Below, one piece after another: positions 28,709-37,850 of a stretch of 64,000 nt of DNA. Every line of letters starts with the position of its first letter. The first letter of the stretch is position 1. The position numbers were made by a program, and so were the translations under genes. The stretch spans positions 832,001 through 896,000 of the forward strand of contig OY781945.1 of NCBI GenBank assembly GCA_963677435.1, in the 5' to 3' direction. The DNA is from an uncultured Aliarcobacter sp. Lineage in GTDB: Bacteria; Campylobacterota; Campylobacteria; Campylobacterales; Arcobacteraceae. The notes under the pieces are model-generated. The model ran no database searches. It had not been told where the DNA came from and worked only from the letters and a program-made list of their open reading frames with translations.

Positions 28709-28738
28709 TTTAACTTAAGGCAAAAACCTTAAGTTAAA
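28709..28738 (-). terminator. Intrinsic terminator closing the four-gene CoA-lyase operon
   Basis: TTTAACTTAAGG-caaaaa-CCTTAAGTTAAA inverted repeat 4 nt past the stop at 28743. Confidence 0.75.
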
Positions 28739-28742
28739 AATA

Positions 28743-29726
28743 TTAAGAGAAGAATCTTGTTTCAACAATATCTTGTAATTTAGTTCCTGAATATTTGGCT
28801 CTTTGAACTAATTCCCAGAAATATCTGTAAGTTGCTCTATCGTGTAATTCACCATCATATTGAATTGGTCCCCACTCAGCATCTTGTGCAGCAATTAAAA
28901 TATTTTGTGCATCTTCAAGCTCTGTAAAGTCTGGTTTCATAGCATCAACAATTGCTTGTACTTGTGTTGGATAAATAGACCACATTCTTAAGAATCCGAA
29001 CTCATTTCTTGCTTTTTCAGCATCTTTATAAGTTTGGTATGGATTTTTTAAATCAAGTGTAACATTATGACAAGGAATAATGTGATTAGAAAGTGCAGCT
29101 TGAACAACTTTAGCTTTAGCAGCTGCAATTAATCTATGATCAAATTGACCTGGACTTCTCATACAAGAAGCAGGAATTGCACCTTGGTACCCAGAAACGA
29201 AGTCCATTAATCCAAAGTCTAATACTTGTACCCAAGGTAATGTTGCAGTTTTTTCAACATCTCTTAAAGCACCATGAGTTTCAATTAAAACATGAATTGG
29301 GATTTCTCTTTTAATTCCAGCTTTTTTTGCTACTTCTTGAATATATTCAACTTGAGTTTTTGCATCTTCATAAGAAGTTGATTTTGGAATAGTAATATAT
29401 GCTAATTTTTCTCCAGCACCTGGTACTAAAATATCAATATCTTGTCTCCAATCTGGATGGTCAAAATCATGAATTCTAGTTCCTGCCATTCCATAAGGAT
29501 TAGCATCAGAATTAACAACTCTTACGATCATTTTTGCATGTTCAACTTCTTTACCCGTTTCAGCTCCATCTTCACAGTCACAAGTAATATCAAAAACAGG
29601 TCCTAATTTTTTTTGCATCTCAAAACCTTTTAAGATTAGCTTTTCGCTACCTGCAAAGTGTTCACAAGATGGGATGATTGGTAAGTTGTCTCCAGAACCA
29701 AATAGTGCTTCATTAGGGTGTGTCAT
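28743..29726 (-). CDS. CitE/malyl-CoA lyase superfamily enzyme (HpcH/HpaI aldolase-citrate lyase fold)
   Basis: DCEDG, TRIH, IPK, LIETH, FGLMDF, WSIYP, GELHD: catalytic Arg, Mg-binding Glu/Asp and lid Asp all present. Confidence 0.85.
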   Translation of the reverse strand: MTHPNEALFGSGDNLPIIPSCEHFAGSEKLILKGFEMQKKLGPVFDITCDCEDGAETGKEVEHAKMIVRVVNSDANPYGMAGTRIHDFDHPDWRQDIDILVPGAGEKLAYITIPKSTSYEDAKTQVEYIQEVAKKAGIKREIPIHVLIETHGALRDVEKTATLPWVQVLDFGLMDFVSGYQGAIPASCMRSPGQFDHRLIAAAKAKVVQAALSNHIIPCHNVTLDLKNPYQTYKDAEKARNEFGFLRMWSIYPTQVQAIVDAMKPDFTELEDAQNILIAAQDAEWGPIQYDGELHDRATYRYFWELVQRAKYSGTKLQDIVETRFFS

Positions 29727-29759
29727 ATTATTTCCTTTTTATTAAATTTAAATTTTGTA

Positions 29760-30833
29760 TTATTTTTTTTCAGTTTTTTTCTTTGGAATTACAACTGTAT
29801 AATCCAAATCAAGAACAACATTTGGTAAATATTTACCATCTTCACTTTTTGGATTTTCAATCTCTTTTGGAGTTTGATTTTTAAGAGCAATAGTTCTTAA
29901 TCTTAATAATCCAATATCTTCTCTATTTACTTCAATTGTTTCAATAACTTCAGTATAAGCATAAACAGTGTCCCCTGCATATGTTGGGTTTGCATGAGCT
30001 CCACTGTTAATTGCATACATCCATTGAGCATTTTGTAAACCATTAAATGAAATAGCTCTTGCAGTAGAAATAATGATTCCACCATACATAAGTCTTTGAC
30101 CCATTGGAGTGCTTTTCATCATGTGGTCGTTAAAATGTACTTTTGCATTGTTTTGATATAACTTTGTTGCTAATGTATGATCACTATTATCAATAGTAAT
30201 ACCCTCTGGGTGATTTAATCTTTCACCTTGCTCATAATCTTCAAAGAAATATTTTCCACCGGTTGAATTTGTATCAACACATTTAATTGTTGGAATATTA
30301 ATAACATCAGCAATTGGTGTTGTTTTTGCAAAAGTTGGAACTTCATTTACTCCACTTAAAGTAGAGTGGTCTTTTTTATGAACCATTACCCATCTTTTGA
30401 AGTTTAAAACTTCTGCACCATTTTGGTTTACACCAATAGAGTGAACATAAACAACTCCACTTTTACCATTTGAATTCTCTTTTAATCCAATTACGCTTGA
30501 TGTCATAGAAACTGTGTCTCCAACATAAACTGGATTTGGAAAAGACATCTCTGCATAACCTAAGTTTGCAATTGCATTTAAAGAAATATCTTGAACAGAT
30601 TTTCCAAATGTAAGGTGGAACATTAAAACATCATCAATTGGTTTTTTATCATAACCCATTTCCTTTGCAACTACATCAGAAGAGTGTAGGGCAAATCTAG
30701 AACCAGTAAAAGCGATGTATAAAGATACATCACCATCACTTATAGTTCTTGGAAGTGGATGAATGATTTTTTGACCGATTGAAAAATCTTCAAAAAAGTT
30801 ACCATAATTAATTTTATTGCTTATTTTTGACAA
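29760..30833 (-). CDS. mch: Mesaconyl-CoA (2-methylfumaryl-CoA) hydratase, double hot-dog MaoC
   Basis: GNFFEDF..GQ.I.H..PRTI.DGDVSLY...GSRFAL.SS, FGKSVQDISLNAIANLGY, YQNNAKVHFN, LMYGG match the Mch enzymes of Chloroflexus/Rhodobacter as I recall them. Confidence 0.85.
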   Translation of the reverse strand: MSKISNKINYGNFFEDFSIGQKIIHPLPRTISDGDVSLYIAFTGSRFALHSSDVVAKEMGYDKKPIDDVLMFHLTFGKSVQDISLNAIANLGYAEMSFPNPVYVGDTVSMTSSVIGLKENSNGKSGVVYVHSIGVNQNGAEVLNFKRWVMVHKKDHSTLSGVNEVPTFAKTTPIADVINIPTIKCVDTNSTGGKYFFEDYEQGERLNHPEGITIDNSDHTLATKLYQNNAKVHFNDHMMKSTPMGQRLMYGGIIISTARAISFNGLQNAQWMYAINSGAHANPTYAGDTVYAYTEVIETIEVNREDIGLLRLRTIALKNQTPKEIENPKSEDGKYLPNVVLDLDYTVVIPKKKTEKK

Positions 30834-30844
30834 ATCTTAACTCC

Positions 30845-33364
30845 TTATTTATTAAATAGGTTTTGACCTAAAGCTTTATATGTTTCATATAATGTAATCA
30901 TTTTTTTAGCCCATTTAATTCTTGAAGAATCTACTAATTTATCATTATGTAAAATTACTTCTTTACCTTCTTTTGCTGCTTCTTCATATTTTGCAATCAT
31001 TTTTTCATAATCTTCAACTTCAGATTGTTTTGGAGTGAAAATATCATTGATATATTCAATTTGAATTGGATGAATTAATGATTTACCATCAAATCCTAAA
31101 TTAAAGGCATCTTTTGTTGAATCTTCACAAGCAAACTCATCATTTACATCAAAGTGTGGTCCATCTATTACTGTTTTCCCATAAGCTTTTGAAGCAAGAG
31201 CAATTTGTGATAAATAATTTACCATTGCTTTTGAACCTTTTTTAATATCAATTTGAAGTCTATTTGCAAGTTTATTAGAACCCACAACAACAACTTCAAC
31301 TTTAGGACTTGCTGCACAGATTTCATGGATATTTAAAACAGCTAATGGAGTTTCAATCATAATCATTAAAGATAAATTTGGATTTAATTCTTCTATTAAT
31401 CTGGCTGCTTCTAAAACATCCTCTTTTGTTTGAACTTTTGAAAATAATAAACCATCAAGTTCAATCTCACGAGCAAGTGCTAAATCTTTTGCAGCATCTT
31501 CACTTCCAAGATTATTGATTCTAAGAACTCTTTCTGATTCACCAAATTTAGCGCCATCTTCTTTATATACTTCTTTGATTACATTTCTTGCTGTTTCTCT
31601 TTGTTCTTGTAAAATTGCTTCAAGATCAAAAATTACAGTATCAGCAAGTACAGTTCTCGCTTTTTGAACATTATGTTTATTATACGCAGGTACAAATAAC
31701 ATTGATCTTCTTGCTTTATATTCAACTACTTTTGTTCCTGTTTCAATCGCATGATATTTTTCATGTAATTGTTTAACAAGTTGTTTTCTTAAAACTTTTC
31801 CATTTTTTGTTCTTGGATAATCAAGCATTGCAAAAATCTCTTTTGGAGCCTTATATTTAGCAAGATTTGCTTGAGCAAATGCTAAAATTTCTGCTTGTTT
31901 TTCTGCTGATAATTCTTCATGTCCAATAACTGCAATTGCAACTATTGTTTTATCTTTTCCAATATCTAAACCAAAAGCAACACAATCAGCCACTGCATCG
32001 TGAGTTTTTACAACTCTTTCGATTTCATGTGGAGAAACTCTAAATCCAAAAGTATTGATAATATCATCTTTTCTTCCAATGAACCAAATATACCCATCTG
32101 TATCTTTTCTTGCATAATCACCTGTGAAGAAGTATCCATCATGTCTTGATTTTGCAGTTTCATCTTCTAATTGCCAATACTCTAAGAATAATCCTGGATC
32201 ATCTTCCCCAATACAAATCATTCCTTCTTCCCCATCTTCTACTTCTTCTAAAGTATCAGGGTCAAGTAGTTTAACTGTATGTCCTGGTTGTACAAATCCT
32301 GCACTTCCTGGTCTAATTGGATTAAAAATCGAGTGAGAAATATAATAAGAACATTCGCTCATTCCGATTGCTTCATAAATATCTTGCTCAAATCTTTCTC
32401 TCCATAATCCTAACATTTCATCAGATAAATGCTCACCAGCACTCATGCAATATCTTAGGCTTGGACAATCTGAAAGTTTAAAATCAGTTTTTTGAATAAT
32501 TTGTCTATAAATTGTTGGAACACCAATAAAAATAGTACATTTATGTTTTTTAATTAAATCAATCCATGTTGATGCATCATTTGCACCTTCATAAGCAATA
32601 ACTGTATGACCATTAAATAATGGATCCATTAAAGCTGATCCTAAAACATAAGTCCAGTTAAATTTACCAGAGTGCATGATTCTGTCATTTTCTTTGAAGT
32701 TAAACCAAAAATCAGTTGCTGGTTTTCTTCCAACAAGTGATCTGTGAGAGTGTAAAACACCTTTTGGATAACCTGTTGTTCCTGATGTATAAACTAAATA
32801 TGCAGGTTCACCTGATTTAGAATTATAGTGATTAGGAGTTTTATCTGTATTTTCAAAAATTTCATTTAATGAATAAACATTAATACCTTTTGGTTTTTTA
32901 ATATTTTCAACACTATCAATCCCTGCAATTACAATAGTTTTTAAATTATCAAGGTTTTCTAAGTATGGAACTAAGTTTTCATACATAGAAGCTGATAATA
33001 CAATTGCTCTTGCTTGTGAATCTTCTGCAAGATATTTAACTTCACTACCACTTAAAAGTGTTGAAGTTGGAACTGCAATGATTCCTGCTTTCATAGTTCC
33101 AAAAAAAGAAATAGGGTAAGCTAATGAGTTTTTTAAACATACTAGTACTCTATCTCTTGCTTCTAGACCAATTCCTGTAAAGAAATTACAAACTTGATCA
33201 GATTTAGTAGCTAAATCTTTATAAGTTATTTCATCTGTACCTAATTTATCATCTTCAATAATCATTGCGATACTGTTCTCTTTAGGTGTTCCCACATGAG
33301 AAGAAGTACAAGCAACTCCAATGTTTAAAAATTCAGGTATTTCTATTTTAACGTTTGAACTCAT
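30845..33364 (-). CDS. Acyl-CoA ligase (ANL adenylation family) fused to a C-terminal CitE/Mcl-like domain
   Basis: aa 1-535: YTSGTTGYPKG, YEAIGMSE, TGD, GRKDD, PRTKNGK. aa ~552-839: RRSMLFVP, DLE, RIN, MIETP, GFDGKSLIHP. Confidence 0.9.
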   Translation of the reverse strand: MSSNVKIEIPEFLNIGVACTSSHVGTPKENSIAMIIEDDKLGTDEITYKDLATKSDQVCNFFTGIGLEARDRVLVCLKNSLAYPISFFGTMKAGIIAVPTSTLLSGSEVKYLAEDSQARAIVLSASMYENLVPYLENLDNLKTIVIAGIDSVENIKKPKGINVYSLNEIFENTDKTPNHYNSKSGEPAYLVYTSGTTGYPKGVLHSHRSLVGRKPATDFWFNFKENDRIMHSGKFNWTYVLGSALMDPLFNGHTVIAYEGANDASTWIDLIKKHKCTIFIGVPTIYRQIIQKTDFKLSDCPSLRYCMSAGEHLSDEMLGLWRERFEQDIYEAIGMSECSYYISHSIFNPIRPGSAGFVQPGHTVKLLDPDTLEEVEDGEEGMICIGEDDPGLFLEYWQLEDETAKSRHDGYFFTGDYARKDTDGYIWFIGRKDDIINTFGFRVSPHEIERVVKTHDAVADCVAFGLDIGKDKTIVAIAVIGHEELSAEKQAEILAFAQANLAKYKAPKEIFAMLDYPRTKNGKVLRKQLVKQLHEKYHAIETGTKVVEYKARRSMLFVPAYNKHNVQKARTVLADTVIFDLEAILQEQRETARNVIKEVYKEDGAKFGESERVLRINNLGSEDAAKDLALAREIELDGLLFSKVQTKEDVLEAARLIEELNPNLSLMIMIETPLAVLNIHEICAASPKVEVVVVGSNKLANRLQIDIKKGSKAMVNYLSQIALASKAYGKTVIDGPHFDVNDEFACEDSTKDAFNLGFDGKSLIHPIQIEYINDIFTPKQSEVEDYEKMIAKYEEAAKEGKEVILHNDKLVDSSRIKWAKKMITLYETYKALGQNLFNK

Positions 33365-33379
33365 AATATTTTCTCCCTA

Positions 33380-34516
33380 CTAAATTTGACCGTATGGCCA
33401 GTTTTCTTTAAATGTGTGAATTGGCATTCTATTTAATACAGATAATGCAAATATTTCATCTTCTTTTTCTAAGCTTCTTAATGCGTAAGCTCTTAAAATA
33501 TTTTGTAAAGATTTACCAAACATTGGTGGATCTAACATTTCACCTTCGTATCTAATTGCACCACTTAGTAGCGCATCTGCTTCAATTGCAGCTTTTAAAA
33601 TTCTAATATCTTTTGCAATCTCATTTGGAGATGGAGTAAATGCAACTTTACAGATATTAATGTGATTTGGAGTAATGATTTGTTTACCAGTTAATCCCAT
33701 TGCATTTTCTCTAATTGCATGAGCATAAACATGTCTAGAAGCATCATCACCATGTAAATCTAACCATCTTCTAATATCTTTTTTCTCAACACAAGAATCA
33801 GGTAATGAGTGTGGTGTTAACATAACTTCAACCCCACCAATAACTCCTTTTCCTTTAATTCTAGCTTCCATTGTAAGCATATTAAAGAAAGTTTCTAACT
33901 CATTAATCCATCCTTGAGGAGTGATTTTATAAGCCATTGCTTTAGAAAAGTCATGGATCCCAAATACAACGTGTTTAACAGTTGAGTGTTCCATTAATCT
34001 ATCTGCAATTTGTAAAGATTTTGGATGTTCAATAATTGGTTGAATTGTTAACTTACTTCCGATTGAAATTAACCAAGAAGATAAATCTCTAATTTCAGCA
34101 GATCCATAAACTTCTCCAGCTTTTGCTAAAACAATAACATCAATATATTGGTGGATTTGTTTTAACATTTTTAAATCTTCTTCATACTCTTCAGTTCTAA
34201 ATGGATTAAGTCTGATAGCAATTTGAAAATTTCGCTCAGGAAATTTTGGTAATTCTTGAATTAATAACTCCCTTGACATAGCTTTTTGTCTACAACCATC
34301 TTCTAAGTCGAAAAGAACAGTATGTGCTTTCGTTTTATAAGCGTGTTTTTGTAGTCTTAATTTTGCTTGCTCCATACTTTCATATGTTCCATCAAGTGGA
34401 TTAAATTTGATTGGTGGGTAATATATTTGAATACCAGGCCAATATCCACCAAGAACTGGTGTTAAATCATCATTTGCTGTTAATTTAGATAAATCTATTG
34501 CAGAAGTCATTCTCAT
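33380..34516 (-). CDS. Divergent CitE/malyl-CoA (beta-methylmalyl-CoA) lyase family enzyme
   Basis: FDLEDG, IRLN, IIEHP, FGIHDF, G.TGKQIITP, GEMLDPP. Confidence 0.8.
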   Translation of the reverse strand: MRMTSAIDLSKLTANDDLTPVLGGYWPGIQIYYPPIKFNPLDGTYESMEQAKLRLQKHAYKTKAHTVLFDLEDGCRQKAMSRELLIQELPKFPERNFQIAIRLNPFRTEEYEEDLKMLKQIHQYIDVIVLAKAGEVYGSAEIRDLSSWLISIGSKLTIQPIIEHPKSLQIADRLMEHSTVKHVVFGIHDFSKAMAYKITPQGWINELETFFNMLTMEARIKGKGVIGGVEVMLTPHSLPDSCVEKKDIRRWLDLHGDDASRHVYAHAIRENAMGLTGKQIITPNHINICKVAFTPSPNEIAKDIRILKAAIEADALLSGAIRYEGEMLDPPMFGKSLQNILRAYALRSLEKEDEIFALSVLNRMPIHTFKENWPYGQI

Positions 34517-34793
34517 CTACCTTTCTTTTTATTAATTTTTATTCTTGTTTCTTTATTTTCATCATAATCATTATACTTGAAAACTAACAAGAAAGTTATA
34601 CACCATTTAAAATGAATTGTTTTTATGGGTTTTGAAATAGCAAATAAATTTAAGGTAGAAATCAGGAAAGGACTTAGAGCCTATAAATAGGGAGTTTCAT
34701 AGTTGAAATGTGCTAAAAAAAGCTTTAAATTTATTTAATATGAATAAATGTAAAGTTTAAAAATTAAATAAATTAGAAGAAATTTAGAAAAAC

Positions 34794-35411
34794 TTATGAT
34801 TTTTCTAAATCTTCTATGAAATTTAATTTTCCAAAGTAGTCAAGTAAAAATGGTTTTGACACTTTTTCAAAGCTCTCAATATCTTGATATAAATTGATAT
34901 AAAATTTGAAATCGATGTTTTTAGCTTTTAAAGCATTAATAGAAAGTAGGGTGTCATTTATACCTCCCAGTTTTGATGAGGTGATTAAAATAGCTTCGCA
35001 ATCAAATATTTTTATTAAATCTATAATAAATAGATCTTTTTTAATAGGAACCATTAATCCACCAGCTCCTTCAATAATAAGTACATCACAAAATTGTTCT
35101 AAAAACTTTTTTTTCTCTTTTAAAAATTCAATATCTATAATCGTATTTTCTTTTGCCACATAAGGCGCTGCTGGAAGTTTGAATTGATAAGGAACAACAT
35201 CATTTATTGTTACATCAAAAGAGGGATTTAAAGTTTTTACTAAATTTAGCATTTTAACTCCATCAAGGGGAAAATCAACAACACCTGTTTCAAATGGTTT
35301 GAAATATCCAACTTTGAAACCTTTTTTTGCATAATGTTCTAGAAGTTTTCCACAAGAATAAGTTTTACCTACATCTGTATTTGTAGCACTTACAAATATA
35401 TTTTTTTTCAT
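34794..35411 (-). CDS. bioD: Dethiobiotin synthetase
   Basis: SATNTDVGKT, YFKPFETG, IEGAGG, LGGIN. Confidence 0.95.
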   Translation of the reverse strand: MKKNIFVSATNTDVGKTYSCGKLLEHYAKKGFKVGYFKPFETGVVDFPLDGVKMLNLVKTLNPSFDVTINDVVPYQFKLPAAPYVAKENTIIDIEFLKEKKKFLEQFCDVLIIEGAGGLMVPIKKDLFIIDLIKIFDCEAILITSSKLGGINDTLLSINALKAKNIDFKFYINLYQDIESFEKVSKPFLLDYFGKLNFIEDLEKS

Positions 35412-35470
35412 ATTATCTCTTTGATTTTTTGCGAAAGTATAACAAAATTAAAAATAGTGTAACTTGAAAG

Positions 35471-36997
35471 TTACACTATTTCATCTTCAAAGAAATTCAT
35501 TAATTCATTTCTATCAATTTTGTTGTTTGCATTTTTATAAAGATTCTCTTCAAGTTTATTAAGAGTCTCTCCAATAAGTCTGTTTTTTTTGCTATAAGGT
35601 AATAAAAGTTCAAAGAGTTCTTTGTCATTTTTGGCTTTTTTTATTGCTTTTACAATATCTTTTTCAACTTTTTTGTCTGTTTTTTTATTTCTAAAAAGTA
35701 GAACTAATATCAAAATAGCAGCTAAAACAACAAGAGCTAAAACTATATAGTTTATATTTTTATCTTCTTTTATATTTGGAGTTTCTTTACTATTATTTGA
35801 AACAATAGGCGTATTGTTTGAAGTTTCAATTTTTACAGCATTGTTATTTGGATTACTATTTTTAACTTTTATATCTATGGGTTCTGAATAGATAGTTTTA
35901 ACTTGTTTTGTATTTTTATCAAAATAAGTCAAAGAAATTTTTGGAATAGTGTAATCATTTTGGGCAACGAAGGCTATTTTTTGAGAAAAGTCTCCTTTAT
36001 ATTCTTTATCTTCAAAAGCTGAATCAATTTTTGGTTCATCAGCATAACTCACCACATTATTTATAGTTAAATTGAATTTTTGAATATCATCAATATTTCC
36101 AGCACCATTAATATCAATAGTTAGATTTACAGGTTGATTCGCTTCAACTAAAGTTTTATCAACAGTTGCTTTTAAAGTGTAATCCCCAAAAAGTTCTAAA
36201 TTATTTGGTAAAGGTTTAACTGATATATGTAAATCATTTGAATAAACTTTTTGCCATTTAATTGTACTTGTCATTGAATCAAAAAATTGGTCTTTAAAAA
36301 ATGGATCATTAAAAAAATCATTTGCCATTTTTTGTTTAAAAGCTTTTCCAATATCCGCTTCTATAGATTTTAAGTCATACTCTCCTGATTTTTGTGGGAA
36401 TAAAAGATATTTTTGAGTAAAAACTATATAATCTTTATCACTACTTTTTTCAACATCACCTACTTTTTTTATCCAAAAGTTTTCAAGTTTTGGGTCACTG
36501 ATTTGAAGTTTATCAATTTTAGAATCAAGTTTATATTTAAACATTACATCTAAATTAATTGATTCTCCAACTTTTACTTCTGTTTTATCTGCTTTTATTT
36601 GAATTACAAAATCTTCACCTTCTTTACTGGCGCTTGGTTGTAAAACTGAGATTTTTTGAGGATTTGTTGTATAGGTTTTTCCATCAACTTTTACCTCAAA
36701 AGCTGGAATTGTCACATCTTTTGTTGGAGCAAAACTATAGGTATTTGATATTTTTTTAGAATAGTTTCCATTTATAATAGTTGTTGAAGAAGATGAAGAT
36801 CTATTAATTATATTATAACTATCAATTGTATTAATTGTTGGAAACTCAACATCACCATCACTACTTGAAGTAATTGTAAAACTGGCTAATTCTCCTGCAT
36901 AAATTGCAGGTGAATTTACAGTTAATTTAACATCAGCTAATAATCCTGTAAGAAGGAATATCCAAAATATAAATATTTTACCAAGGTTGTTTTTCAT
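35471..36997 (-). CDS. batD: BatD-family protein
   Basis: Signal peptide, SSSTTIINGN, repeated beta-sandwich domains, C-terminal TM; last gene of a MoxR/vWA operon. Confidence 0.8.
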   Translation of the reverse strand: MKNNLGKIFIFWIFLLTGLLADVKLTVNSPAIYAGELASFTITSSSDGDVEFPTINTIDSYNIINRSSSSSTTIINGNYSKKISNTYSFAPTKDVTIPAFEVKVDGKTYTTNPQKISVLQPSASKEGEDFVIQIKADKTEVKVGESINLDVMFKYKLDSKIDKLQISDPKLENFWIKKVGDVEKSSDKDYIVFTQKYLLFPQKSGEYDLKSIEADIGKAFKQKMANDFFNDPFFKDQFFDSMTSTIKWQKVYSNDLHISVKPLPNNLELFGDYTLKATVDKTLVEANQPVNLTIDINGAGNIDDIQKFNLTINNVVSYADEPKIDSAFEDKEYKGDFSQKIAFVAQNDYTIPKISLTYFDKNTKQVKTIYSEPIDIKVKNSNPNNNAVKIETSNNTPIVSNNSKETPNIKEDKNINYIVLALVVLAAILILVLLFRNKKTDKKVEKDIVKAIKKAKNDKELFELLLPYSKKNRLIGETLNKLEENLYKNANNKIDRNELMNFFEDEIV

Positions 36998-37850
36998 TAT
37001 TATCTCCTTTTGTTAATGGAAGTAAAAGTGTATTTATCTCTCTATCATTTAGAAGTTTTTGCCATTTTCTCTCTTCCATATTGCTAATTGGTTGCTCTTT
37101 CACTGCAGAGGCTTGATTTTCATTTTTGTCGCTGTTTTCATCTTTTTTCAAATCTTGAGCTTTTGCCTCTTGTTTTTGTTCATTTTGAGTATTTTGTTGC
37201 TCATTTTGTTTGCTTTTATCTTCTTGAGCTTTATTTTCATTTTGTTTTTGATTATTTTGCTCATTTTGTTTTTGTTTGTCTTGCTGTTTGTCTTGTTCAT
37301 TTTTTTGATTTTGATTGCCATTTTGTTCATTTTTTTGTTGGTTTTGATTTTGGCTATCTTGTTTTTTATCTTGATTATTTTTATCCTGTTGTTTATTGTC
37401 CTGTTGTTTATTGTCTTTTTTATCTTGTTGCTTTTTATTATCTTGATTCTTTTTTTGTTCCTCTTTTTTCTTTTTCAAAAGTTCAAGATTATATTTAGCA
37501 TCTTCATCATCTTTTATTTTTAAAGCATCTTCATAACTTTTTATGGCTTTATCTGTATCTTTTAAATTAGCATAAGAATTTCCCATATTATAAAGTTTGT
37601 CAAACTCTAAATCTTTATTTGAAATTGATGAATAAGCTTTTAATGCTTCATCATATTTTTTTGCTTTGTATAAAGAGTCAGCTTCATTAAATTTTGATTC
37701 ATCACTATTTACCTTTGAGTAAGAATCTGCTGCTTTTTCATAATCTTTGCTTTCATAAGCTTTTTTTGCATCATCTAAATGTTTAAAATCAAAAACCGAA
37801 GCCCATGAAAAAGAAAAAGCAATAAAAATTAGAAATATAAATATTCTCAT
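36978..37850 (-). CDS. BatC-like TPR protein with Q/N/K-rich low-complexity region
   Basis: TPRs (YNMGNSY...AIKSYEDAL...DAKYNLEL), Q/N/K/D tract, terminal ...QPW. Confidence 0.8.
   Translation of the reverse strand: MRIFIFLIFIAFSFSWASVFDFKHLDDAKKAYESKDYEKAADSYSKVNSDESKFNEADSLYKAKKYDEALKAYSSISNKDLEFDKLYNMGNSYANLKDTDKAIKSYEDALKIKDDEDAKYNLELLKKKKEEQKKNQDNKKQQDKKDNKQQDNKQQDKNNQDKKQDSQNQNQQKNEQNGNQNQKNEQDKQQDKQKQNEQNNQKQNENKAQEDKSKQNEQQNTQNEQKQEAKAQDLKKDENSDKNENQASAVKEQPISNMEERKWQKLLNDREINTLLLPLTKGDNNEKQPW

Noticed and set aside
27040..28742. Fumarase as a fifth gene of the CoA-lyase operon
   Set aside because: A terminator at 28709-28738 and a separate extended -10 at 28563-28571 separate them; any link is functional, not transcriptional.
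28743..34516. Annotation as classical citrate lyase (citCDEF) or itaconate-degradation (ripABC/ict-ich-ccl) operon
   Set aside because: No citD/citF/citC and no CoA-transferase; the hydratase carries the Mch signature, not that of itaconyl-CoA hydratase.
34565..34605. TTGAAAACT segment as a possible difH (XerH) site
   Set aside because: The matching TTTTCA inverted arm is missing; more likely part of the operon promoter region.
37100..37480. Repetitive DNA that might be a CRISPR or VNTR
   Set aside because: Imperfect codon-level repeats inside a CDS; no constant repeat with unique spacers and no cas genes.
37059..37523. Hydrophobic and Cys-rich ORFs overlapping the BatC-like gene
   Set aside because: Shadow frames of the Q/N/K low-complexity coding tract.
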